A stretch of DNA of 33,903 nucleotides from Octopus bimaculoides (lineage: Eukaryota): NCBI RefSeq assembly GCF_001194135.2, contig NC_069000.1, forward strand, positions 6,417,949 through 6,451,851. The letters run 5' to 3'. Shown in pieces: positions 1 to 10,992 of this stretch. Under the pieces are notes generated by a model. The model did not search any database. It was not told the DNA's origin and was given only the letters and a program-made list of their open reading frames with translations. Every line of letters begins with the position of its first letter. The stretch's first letter is position 1. A program made the position numbers and the translations under genes.

Positions 1-143
1 GTTAGGAAGGGCATCCAGCTGTAGAAACTCTGCCAAATCAGACTGGAGCCTAGTGTTGCCATCCGGTTTCACCAGTCCTCAGTCAAATCGTCCAACCCAT
101 GCTAGCATGGAAAGCGGACGTTAAACGACGATGATGATGATGA
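1..143 (+). mobile_element. SINE family B, 3' part with (GAT)n tail (truncated by window edge)
   Basis: Same sequence recurs at 10225, 13051 (reverse), 14810, 23150 (reverse), 25400 and 27720; ends cggacgttaaacga(tga)n. Confidence 0.85.
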
Positions 144-175
144 TATATACATATGCGCACTCACACATGCATATG

Positions 176-399
176 TACAAAGGAGTGATGAAAAGTTTCT
201 GGTTTTAAGAGTATTGTGAAATGCCTGGTTGGAGGCCCAACCTTCTGAGTTTTTTTACAAGGCTTAGAAAAAACTGAAGGACTGCTGCAATAAGTGTATG
301 AATCTGAGAAGTGGGGAATATGTTGAGTAAAATCATAATCAACTGATCTTCCTGTATTTTCTTGACCTAAAGCCAGGAACTTTTCAACACCACCTTGTA
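176..399 (+). mobile_element. Mariner-derived MITE (178-397) with TA target duplication
   Basis: About 34-bp imperfect TIRs (tacaaaggagtgatgaaaagtttctggttttaag vs reverse complement of right end tacaaggtggtgttgaaaagttcctggctttagg). Interior translates FYKA*KKLKDCCNKCMNLRSGEYVE*, like the mariner transposase C-terminus. Confidence 0.85.
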
Positions 400-402
400 C
401 AT

Positions 403-446
403 TATATATATATATATATATGAGTGTGTGTGACTGTGTGTATGTG

Positions 447-520
<74 letters not shown>
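403..520. repeat. (TA)n microsatellite with (TG) interruptions
   Basis: Direct inspection. Confidence 0.95.
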
Positions 521-819
521 TTATACATGCACATTTGTTTGTGTGTGTTTATGTATATGTGAGGGGTGGGTGTAAAATGATAAAAATTATGATGACTATA
601 AAGGGAAAAAAAGAACGAACTGCGATTCTGTTTTTACAATAATTAATCTAAATTCTACAGAATCTTCAGGGGGTTATTCTGTGTCTGTGAAGAATTCCAA
701 AGTGAGGAGGTTGGAATGAGAGAAGAGTATCAAAAATATGTGAGAATAATTAAAGCTGATAAGGAGTGAGATCTGGAACGAAGGGAGAAAACTGCATACA
801 GCACTGATAACAACAATAA

Positions 820-1232
820 TAATAATAATAATCCTTTCTACTATAGGGATAAGGCCTGAAATCTTGGAAGAGCTGGATAGGTCTGTTACTTGACTGGTAT
901 TTTATTCTATAGACCCTGGAAGGATGAAAAGCAAAGTTGTCTTCAGCAGTATTTCAACATCAGAACAATACATCAGAAGAAATGCTGCTTAGCATTCTGT
1001 CCAGAGTGGTAATGGTTCTGCCAGGTTGTCAATAATAATAATAACAATAATAATAACAATCCTTTCTACTGGAAGCACAAGGCCTCAAATTTGGGTGAAA
1101 GGATTAAGTCGATTAACTGGTTCTTAATTTATTGACCCTGAAAGGATGAAAGGCAAAAATCGACCTTTTGCAGAATTTGAACTCAGAACATAACGGCAGA
1201 TGAAATACCACTAAGCATTTCACCTGGCATGC
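820..1232 (-). mobile_element. Two head-to-tail SINE family A copies (about 820-1031 and 1032-1232)
   Basis: Reverse complement of tRNA-like head (tggcagaatcg A-box, gagttcaaattc B-box) plus ctttcatcc...gtcgat...taagtaccag core, with (ATT)n tails. Confidence 0.85.
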
Positions 1233-1254
1233 TAAGAGTCCATTGGGTTGTTAG

Positions 1255-1690
1255 TTGAGTGTATGGTTTTGAAATAACATGGATGTGGTATGAAGAGGAA
1301 CCAGAAGCTATGAGAGAGAATAAACATTACCGAAGTTTATGAGATTTCCCCATGAAGACTGACCATATTATTGCAGGAAGAGGGCCAGATATGATTAAAG
1401 GGGACAAAGTAAAGAAATGGTTTAAGATCATAGACTTTGCAATACCATTTGATAACAGTGGATACCACAGAAATTGGGGGGGGGGGAGAAGTCCTGAGAA
1501 ATATCAGGATTGAGTAAGAGAGCTGTGAAGACTGTGGAAGACTAAGACAATTATTTCTGTGGCAATTGACACAACTCTCAAAACGCTACCTAAGAGACTG
1601 ACAGAGATTGGAATTAAGGATCACATTGGTGACACGCAGAAAAAAAGTACCATCCTGTATTCAGCAGGAATTCTAAGACTTGTTGTCACC
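1255..1690 (+). mobile_element. Decayed 3' end of an R4/Dong-like (restriction-like endonuclease) non-LTR retrotransposon
   Basis: Translates WYEEEPEAMRENKHYRSL*DFPMKTDHIIAGRGPDMIKGDKVKKWFKIIDFAIPFD ... EKYQD*VREL*RLWKTKTII ... TQKK..ILYSAGILRLV. This matches the WD..i.TD...rPD...iiD..P ... EK.KY.L RLE signature, with stops and frameshifts. Confidence 0.8.
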
Positions 1691-1749
1691 AAACCTCAAA
1701 ATAACATTCCTGCTAATCAAAAGAACATATTCTAGCTTGATAACAACAA

Positions 1750-2200
1750 ATGGCTTCAAAGTTTGGCACAGGGCCAGCAATTTTTAAGGGAAGAGTGAAG
1801 TTGACTACAATGACCCCCAGTATTTGACTGGTACTAATTTCATCAACTCCAAAAGGATGAAAGGCAAAGTCTACTTCAGTAGAATTTGAACTCAGAATGA
1901 AAAGACAGACAAAATGTTGCTAAGCATTTCGCCTGGCGTGGTAACGACTGCCAGCTCACTGCCATAATAATAATAATAATAATAATCCTTTCTATTATAG
2001 GCACAAGGCCTGAAATTTGGTGAGAAGGGGATTAGTTGTTTACACTGACCCCAGTGTTTCACTGGTACTTAATTTATTGAGCCCAAAAGGATGAAAAGCA
2101 AGATCAACTTTGGCGGAATTTGAACTCAGAATGTAAAGACAGACGAAATACCACTAAGCATTTCAGCCGGTGTGCTAACAACTCTGCCAGCTCGCTGCAT
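1750..2200 (-). mobile_element. Two head-to-tail SINE family A copies with different 3' tails (about 1750-1965 and 1966-2200)
   Basis: Same head and core as above; tails ...gccctgtgccaaac and ...gccttgtgccta; (AAT)n between copies. Confidence 0.85.
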
Positions 2201-2424
2201 TAATAATAATAATAATAAAATAAGATCATGACTGTTATTGGTAATAAATAGAGATTGACTCGGTTTATTAAAATGAAAATGAAATGAATGAACAATATTT
2301 CAACAGTCCATGTGTCTTTTACAAGTTCAAAATATAAGACTCAATCTCTGTTTAAGTACCAATAACAGTCTCGCCCTTCTTGTTTCTTTATCTTCATGAA
2401 GAGTAACTTCAATCTTGAAATATT

Positions 2425-2655
2425 AATAGTAATAATAATGGCGTCAAATGTTAGCATAAGGCTGTAGTTTAGGGGTAGGAGGTAATTTGATTACATCAAC
2501 CCCAGTATATGACTGGTACGTATTTCGTTAACTCAGAGGCTGAAAGGCAAAAATCGACCTCGGCAGAATTTGAACTCAAAACGTAAAGTCAGATGAAACG
2601 CCACTGAGCATTTTGCTCGGCACTTTCACGATTCTGCCAGCTCACCACCTTTAGC
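2425..2655 (-). mobile_element. SINE family A copy
   Basis: cggcagaatttgaactcaaaacgtaaag...gattctgccagctcaccacc (reverse of family A head). Confidence 0.8.
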
Positions 2656-3046
2656 TTAATAACAATAATAAAGATTTCTTACTTCAGCACTGGACCATAC
2701 ATTGCTGGGGAGGCGATGGGATGTATAAATCGATGATAGTGACCCCAGTATATGACTGGCACATGGAATACGAGCAAAAGGATAATAATAATAATGTAAA
2801 AAAAAAATGGTAAAAGCACAACCATTAGCACCCCTGTGTGGTGAGAAAATTTCCACGATGGATCTGTTATGCAGGAGTTTCTACTACACTGTCGGCATGG
2901 AAACACATAAGGTGGAATCGCATCGTTGATTTGAAGTTGGTCAGAAGTATTTCTTCAGTTCTGTAAGAATGTTCAAGACATTTTTAATTAAGTTTCATTG
3001 TTCAATTAATCAGTGAAATATATATTAACAGATAAATGAGCAATTC

Positions 3047-3092
<46 letters not shown>

Positions 3093-3917
3093 NNNNNNNN
3101 NNNNNNNNNNNNNNNNNNNNNNNNNNNNNNNNNNNNNNNNNNNNNNNNNNNNNNNNNNNNNNNNNNNNNNNNNNNNNNNNNNNNNNNNNNNNNNNNNNNN
3201 NNNNNNNNNNNNNNNNNNNNNNNNNNNNNNNNNNNNNNNNNNNNNNNNNNNNNNNNNNNNNNNNNNNNNNNNNNNNNNNNNNNNNNNNNNNNNNNNNNNN
3301 NNNNNNNNNNNNNNNNNNNNNNNNNNNNNNNNNNNNNNNNNNNNNNNNNNNNNNNNNNNNNNNNNNNNNNNNNNNNNNNNNNNNNNNNNNNNNNNNNNNN
3401 NNNNNNNNNNNNNNNNNNNNNNNNNNNNNNNNNNNNNNNNNNNNNNNNNNNNNNNNNNNNNNNNNNNNNNNNNNNNNNNNNNNNNNNNNNNNNNNNNNNN
3501 NNNNNNNNNNNNNNNNNNNNNNNNNNNNNNNNNNNNNNNNNNNNNNNNNNNNNNNNNNNNNNNNNNNNNNNNNNNNNNNNNNNNNNNNNNNNNNNNNNNN
3601 NNNNNNNNNNNNNNNNNNNNNNNNNNNNNNNNNNNNNNNNNNNNNNNNNNNNNNNNNNNNNNNNNNNNNNNNNNNNNNNNNNNNNNNNNNNNNNNNNNNN
3701 NNNNNNNNNNNNNNNNNNNNNNNNNNNNNNNNNNNNNNNNNNNNNNNNNNNNNNNNNNNNNNNNNNNNNNNNNNNNNNNNNNNNNNNNNNNNNNNNNNNN
3801 NNNNNNNNNNNNNNNNNNNNNNNNNNNNNNNNNNNNNNNNNNNNNNNNNNNNNNNNNNNNNNNNNNNNNNNNNNNNNNNNNNNNNNNNNNNNNNNNNNNN
3901 NNNNNNNNNNNNNNNNN
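3093..3917. other. Assembly gap (N run); other gaps at 5338-5626, 11020-11660, 13260-13323 and 18938-19037
   Basis: N runs, nearly all flanked on at least one side by poly-A, (CA)n or (TA)n. Confidence 0.99.
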
Positions 3918-3968
<51 letters not shown>

Positions 3969-4919
3969 CTTAAAAATTGATAGAGAGTTTATTTCTATGT
4001 CCCTCCATAAATGTCCATCCTTCTGCTTGAAGCCTTGAAACATCTTCCTGCATTTCCTCAGTTGGTTGCTGATCAGTTTTTCTGCGACTGTTTTTACTTC
4101 AATAACCTGTCGAACACCTGGAAAGTGGTTGCTGATCTGGCTGTGTGGGGGCAAAGTTCACTTAACAGCCACATGACCCTGGGTTTGGTCCCACGGTGGG
4201 GTACATTAGGCAGGAGCCTTCCACTCTAGCTTTGGAGTAAGATATATTTTGTGAATAAATTTTGGTAGACAGAAATTGTGAAGATGCCCATCACGCATGT
4301 TTGTGTGCACTTGTTTATATATGTGTGTATATCTATGATCATGTTTATACATCTTAAAACTGGTGTTCTTGCCATAACTTAGCAGGTCAACAAATAGAGA
4401 TCAATAATATTAATACCAAACTAAAGCAAGAACTGGGATTGATATAACTGAAAGCACTGCCCAGGATGGATGCAATCAAGTCTAAAAGATATTCATAACC
4501 TCAAATCTGCAACATTCAATTTGGTGATTTCCTGGAAGACATTCATAATTAACCAATTAACCATTCTATACAATGCTTAGAAAAAGACTTTAGGGTTTGG
4601 AAGTAGAAAACAGGTTTGAAAAAGATTCAAGACAAATGGTCTTCATCTAACACTTTAGTGCAGGGGGTTCTCAACCATTTTTATATTCTTTAGTCTGGCA
4701 CTCAATATCAGCAACCTTAGCAGATAGTCGTTGTTGTACAAGAGAAATTAATAAGTTTATTATTTGGCAAAGGATGAAAGACACAACTTCATAGTTAACT
4801 TTTATTTATAGAAATAAAAAAAAAAGCAAAATATAAAAAGAAACAAAAACAAGTTTCAAACTATTATCAGAGGGGGAGGGGCAAAAACATTTTGTATACA
4901 ATATGTCTGGGTGTATGCA

Positions 4920-5190
4920 TATGTAAGTGAGATCAGGTGACACGGGTAGCTATATGTACACACTGTCAGGGTACATATGTAAGTATACATAAGGGTTGAT
5001 ATATAGGTATATGTACATGTAATATGCAGCAGTTATCAGGGTACACGTATATGTAAATGTGAACAAAGTACATATGTATACATAATCAGGATACATATAT
5101 ATGTATATATAAGTGTAATCAGAGTGCATGTGTTGTCAGGGTACATATATAGGTATATGTATACCTGATAAGGGTATGTTTTATATATAC
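4920..5190. repeat. Degenerate minisatellite with tcagg(g/a)tacata core; resumes at 5650-5710
   Basis: Core recurs several times with TA/TG-rich spacers. Confidence 0.7.
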
Positions 5191-5322
5191 AGTAGTACCT
5201 CGGTTTTCGAACAACTCTGATCATGGATAAATTGTGCTTTATCTCCCGTCTTTCTCATATTCATTTAAAGCAGTAGTACCTCAGTTTACAAACGCCTCCG
5301 ATCACAAATAAATTGTGCTTTT
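5188..5322. mobile_element. Tandemly duplicated Tigger/pogo-like TIR fragments
   Basis: cagtagtacctcggttttcgaac (5190) and cagtagtacctcagtttacaaac (5271), each followed by gatca...taaattgtgcttt. Confidence 0.6.
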
Positions 5323-6122
5323 TATATATATATATATNNNNNNNNNNNNNNNNNNNNNNNNNNNNNNNNNNNNNNNNNNNNNNNNNNNNNNNNNNNNNNN
5401 NNNNNNNNNNNNNNNNNNNNNNNNNNNNNNNNNNNNNNNNNNNNNNNNNNNNNNNNNNNNNNNNNNNNNNNNNNNNNNNNNNNNNNNNNNNNNNNNNNNN
5501 NNNNNNNNNNNNNNNNNNNNNNNNNNNNNNNNNNNNNNNNNNNNNNNNNNNNNNNNNNNNNNNNNNNNNNNNNNNNNNNNNNNNNNNNNNNNNNNNNNNN
5601 NNNNNNNNNNNNNNNNNNNNNNNNNNATATATATATATATATATATATATATAATCAAGGTACACATATAACTATAATGTACACATAATCAGGATACATA
5701 TACAGGTATATAAATGTGTATGCAGTAAATTGGGTGTCAGCATTAAGCTCAAAAATACGGTGAGGGTTTGCAGGTTTGCTTTCTTTTCATGTTGAAACTG
5801 TCAGCTTAATGACATTGAAAAGCTCCATTTGACTAATGGAATTGGCATAGTGATCAAGAATGGTTTAATTAGTGAAGTTGATTAGTAATTGGTATTGCCA
5901 TAAGGAATGGTTTTTGTTAGTGCAATTAATTAATTAGTGTTCAGCTGGAGAATTAAAATGGAATGGTTAGCAAGTTGAATGGAGAGTTGCAGGAAAGATG
6001 TAAATCTGAAGAGAATGGTGTGGGTATGGGTGGAGAGGGGATTGAGTAAAGAGTTAGGGGAGGAGGTACAAGGAGTTAAGAAGGTGATATATTAAGAGGT
6101 TAGAGGGTGGTGGAGTCCAGTG

Positions 6123-6124
<2 letters not shown>

Positions 6125-6158
<34 letters not shown>

Positions 6159-6590
6159 TGTCAAAGAAAGAGAGAAGAGAGACATTGTCAAAGAAAGAGA
6201 GAAGAGAGACATTGTCAAAGAAAGAGAGAAGAGAGACATTGTCAAAGAAAGAGAGAAGAGAGACATTGTAAGGGAAAGAGAGATTGTCAGAGGGAGAGAC
6301 AGACATTGTCAGAGAGGGAGAGAGAGACAGAGAGAGACATTGCCAAAGAAAAAGAAAGAAGAGAGACATTATCAGAGGGAGAGAGAGAGACATTGTCAGA
6401 GAGCGAGAGAGAGAGAGACATTGTCAGAGAGAGAGAGAGAGAGAGACATTGTCAGAGAGAGAGATAGAATCATTGTCATAGGAGAGAGAGATTGTCAGTG
6501 AGAGAAAGAGTGAGACATTGTCAAAGAGAGAGAGAGAGAGAGAGATAGACATTGTCAGAGAAAGAGAGAGAGAGAGGGAGGGAGGACTCA
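6125..6590. repeat. GA-rich minisatellite with GACATTGTCA core
   Basis: Four exact 27-bp units (6154-6261) and about 12 further degenerate cores. Confidence 0.92.
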
Positions 6591-7711
6591 ATAAGACAGC
6601 CATTGCTCAGTTATGGTCACTGTAGGCTTCTACTCCAACCTGATACCCTTTCACAGCAGAACAGTGTAGAAAATATCTGGTCATCACATACCCCCAAATC
6701 TGTGCTTATCTTGGGTATGTGATAGTTGCAGAGAAAGGTAGGAGACCATTGCTGGAATATAAGGTTGGAGAAGAACACTGCCACATCTACCCTTTGTAGA
6801 ATGGTTCAATAGCTGCCTTGTACCAAAAGCATTTTCTGGCATCTCCATTAGTCTAAGTAACTTCAAGGAATGGTTTATCAAAATGTAACAATATGACAAT
6901 TCTATGGAATATGAGAAAATTTAACTGTGGGTTCGAAATAGCAAAGATGAAGTAAAATATACTGAGAGAAAGGTCATAGGTACTGACCACTCACAGGGTC
7001 AGTCGCCAATTAGTTTCCCTAAGCCAGTGTCCTTGACCTTTCATTTGCCCCTATCCCTTTCAGGTCAGATTAATACAGCTGATGTTCAGTTTCAGCCAAA
7101 ATCAGCAGGGATCAATGTGGTGAAGAAGGGAAGGGGGATTCCGGAAAGTTTGCCTCTTGGGGGTGATGGTGGGAGGAGAGAGAGACAAGTGGCTGTCGTG
7201 GTCTGTTGATTCTCCAAATGTATATCAGTCCACATTTTAGTGCTGCCAAAGAAGATTATAAGCAAATATATGTGTGTATGTGTGTGTGTGAGTTTGTGAG
7301 CGCATGTGAGTAGAGGACCAGAATTTTTTTGTGGAAAAAGCCACAGAAATGCAATAGGAATAAAAGTTGGCAACGTCAGAGTGATAAATATAATAATATA
7401 AATAAATATATAAAGTTTCTATCCCACAACTTGAGTTTCGTGCTACTGCAATCTTCAGGTATGAACTTGCCTTCAACATCACAGTGGCATTTAATCTGAG
7501 TCATGATGTGCAGTTTTAAACATTTCAGTTTCAATAAGCCATATACTCTACAACCAGTATTGAGCACTCTTCCATCATTCATTCAACACAGTTCAACGTT
7601 AAAATAAATATAAACTTTTTCCCCTCCTATCTTTGTTAAGGTGAAAAAGAGTTGGATTAGTAGTAGTAGTAGTAGTAGTAGCAAGAACAGCAGCAGCAGC
7701 AGTTCCCCCTG

Positions 7712-7793
7712 TTAGAGACAGCGATCGGTTTGGAAAGACATCAGCTGGAATTGCATCTGAGATTTGAACTTGTTGAGTATCTCGTCCATCATC
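7712..7793 (-). CDS. EXOC2: EXOC2 exon 28, last coding exon (82 nt to TAA)
   Basis: [26 protein letters not shown]; resembles the Sec5 C-terminal LLEELLNKFKSSMHLQL motif; acceptor tcttttcag; last intron 7794-13958. Confidence 0.93.
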
Positions 7794-10576
7794 CTGAAAA
7801 GATGACATCAACATCAAGATATGTCGTTACAGCAGCGTACTGTGTTGGTACAGCACTTTGATAGCGGAGGTGGGGAGTAGAAGGAAGAGGAAGGGTGTAA
7901 GGTAACATGTTATGGGGATGGTGGTGGTAGTGGAAGAAAGAGGAGGATACGAAAGAAGATGAAGGAGAAAAAGAAAAGAATAAGGAGGAGAGAGAAGAAG
8001 TATAAGGAGGAAGAGCAAATAAGAAGAATAAAGAAGAAGAAAACAAGGAGAAGACAGAAGAAGAAGAAGACAGAAGAAGGAGAAGACAGAAGAAGGAGAA
8101 GAAAGAAGAAGAAGTAGAAGCTAAAAGAACAAAGAAGTAGAAGAAAGAAAAACAAAATATGAAAGAGGAAGAAGAAAGACGGAAGAAAGAGGAGGAAGAA
8201 GAAAAGAAAGAGAAGATAGAATGCAAAGAGAAAGAAAGAAGTGGGAAAGGGGAAAAAGAAGGAAGATTAAGAATGAAAATGAAAGAGGAAAGAAAACGAT
8301 TGAAAGACAAAGAAAAGAACAGAGAAAGAAAGAAGGAAAACAGGAATGACAAAAGAAGGAAAGCAAAACAGCTTTGAAATTATGAAAGCAAACAGAAAAT
8401 AAACTAAAGCAAAGCAGTTTATTAAAGTCTGTGAGACAAATGGTGATTGTCAATGATTTTTATAGAATTACATAGCTCCAGAATTTACCAAAGGAAAAGT
8501 GAAAAAAAGTTAGCACAAAAATAAGATAAATAAATAAACAAAACCAAAAAATGCCAAGAAAAAATTGAAGAAATAAGAAAAGCAAAACCCCTCTCCATCT
8601 CACAGTCATCCCTCTCACCCGACTGCTGTTGCTGTTCTAAAGCTGAAAGAAGGTTAAAAAGAGGAGTTGCACTAATATTGCTAAAGTTTATAGAATTATA
8701 TGATACTGACAAGTACCCACTGTTTCTTTCACTCTCTTATGTGTGTATGTATATATATATATATATATATATACATACACACACACATATATGTATAAAA
8801 CACTTTTCAACTAGTCATAATTACTACAGATTCTTTGACATAAACAATGTTAAGGTCAGTTACACTTGTATAAAAAATGTTACCAGCATAATAATAATTT
8901 GTTAAATTTCAAAAGCAATTGTGAATAGCATTGAAGAATCTGAGTGTAACTGCTATCCTATTGAAAGATATTTAATGAAAATCACTTGTCTATGAAACAA
9001 ATAGTAACTCAGAAACAAAAGAATTTTATTGATATGAACAAAAGTAGCTTTAAAAGCAGTTTTCTCTGTAATAAATCTACTTTAAAGAACAAGAAAAAGA
9101 TGAGTGCCACAGCCTTATCCAGTTATATATTGGAAATGTAAGTACAAGATAATGACCATTTCAATATCAGCTGGTTAGTTACAGAGCACAGTATACTTAA
9201 CAGAAATGAACAGGCAATACAAACTGTGCACCGCAGAGAAATACCATATAACAAAAGTTAAGTTATTTTTAACAAAAATACAGGAAGAATGTCAAAATAC
9301 TGATAGATAAACAAATTTTGTCTAGAAATTATAATAGTAAACTAGATTGAATTGATCTACCAGACAAATAATAGAACCAACAAGGTGTAAGCAAGAGGAC
9401 CAATCAGATATAAATAGTAAAACCAACAAGTTTGCAACATGTAATCTTACAGCATCTGGACATTGTTGGGGGTCAGTAACTAGCAACCGAACAATATAAA
9501 AGATTTATGGGGAACTAGTGATTGCTGCATGGAGGACAAGGAAGGTTTTATTGTATGGTCTGTTTCTTTGACATCTCACTAGACCTGGCCATTTTCTGTT
9601 GCTATGTTGGTGGAGGGGAAGGTGTCTGGTTTCCCTTGTGTTTTGTTTCAATTCAATTCAAATTTGAACCGTAGATGCAACCATGATGTTCAGATGATCC
9701 GATGAATTAGCTTTCTTTATTTGCATCAATTTGTGAATATACAGTTGTATTGTAGAACATTGAGCAATACATATTGTTGTAAACATAGATGTATAGTTTT
9801 GCGAACCATAATTAATAGTACGACATGATGAAAGTTATGAAACAGCTGTAATCACATGATAGTCATACAGAAAAAATAAATTTACATTCACTTCTCACAT
9901 CTAACATTATGCTTCATTTAATCCGTGCAGAAAAATTTATTGTTTGGATTTCTTGGATTTTGACTTACACAGACACATTACAAACACACATGCATCTGTT
10001 TACTCATTCACTGGTTTTAGTTATTGAATTGTGGTCATACTGGAGAACAACCTTCAATAGCTGAGATTTTGCCCCTCACACCTCTTCACTACCATCTCCT
10101 CTCTTTTTCCAACTGAGGTAATCATGTATCTCCTCTACAGCAAGACACCCCTTTCTGTTCCTCTGTTATACTTTCAGCCCTCATCCCCTGGCATAAAGCT
10201 ACCTTCCTCCTTGGGGACTTCACTAGAGTCAGTGCCACATAAAAAGCACCCAGTACACTCTGTAGAGTGGTTAGTGTTAAGAAGGGCGTCCAGCTGTAGA
10301 AACCATGCCAAAGCAGAGAGTGGAGGTTGGTGCAGTTCTCTGGTTTACTGGCTCCTGTCAAACTGTCCAACCAAAGCCAGCATAGAAAAAGGGATGTTGT
10401 CCAGGCTGGTATTGGATGATACTACACACACACACACACACACACACACTGGTATATATTTTATAAAATAAAATTGTAAAATAGAACACATAGAATGAAT
10501 TCTATGAAACAACATACATTATGTGAAACTTCAAATAATAATTTCTTAGGTTTTATATACACGTACATACGTGTAC

Positions 10577-10627
<51 letters not shown>

Positions 10628-10951
10628 ATGGATTCTCTCGGCATGAACAACAAATGAGCATTCAGTAAAATAAAGCAGTAATCATGCTCTATGAACACGA
10701 ATGTGTCTCTTGAGGCCTGCTGGTGTCATGCAAACCTTTTGGCAAATGGAACAACTTAAGGACTCAGTTTGCTCAGTTTGGTCTTGGAATTACTTCATAA
10801 ATGGTATATTTGGAATATTTTGTCTCTGAGATTCGTTCAAGGTCTACTTTCTACGGCTTCAACATCACATCACAACAGATGTCACTACTGTCAGTTTTCT
10901 GTCTCTCTTTCATATGTATGTGTATATATACATATATATATATATATGCGT

Positions 10952-10992
<41 letters not shown>

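Noticed and set aside
655-760. Possible LINE 3' end on the minus strand (SLWNS motif)
   Set aside because: Single short motif, too weak to call without a search.
3049-3092. 44-nt poly(A) as a retrocopy tail
   Set aside because: It runs straight into a gap, with no upstream processed ORF or TSD; likely a contig-end feature.
3006-4154. Long ORFs spanning N runs (also 5261-5671, 10891-11961, 13130-13516, 18851-19283)
   Set aside because: They are open only because N codons contain no stops; the flanks are microsatellite translations. The real parts (exon 20, the 3981-4154 stretch) are treated separately.
5700-6120. Possible CR1/L2 ORF2 relic (LDHYA-like motif), and unique sequence at 6600-7000
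   Set aside because: No extended translated similarity that I can support.
6154-6261. 27-bp direct repeats resembling a CRISPR array
   Set aside because: Units are contiguous with no unique spacers, in eukaryotic context with no cas genes; this is a minisatellite.
6054-8453. RE-, SL-, F/S- and K/E-rich ORFs
   Set aside because: Translations of GA/GAA low-complexity DNA.
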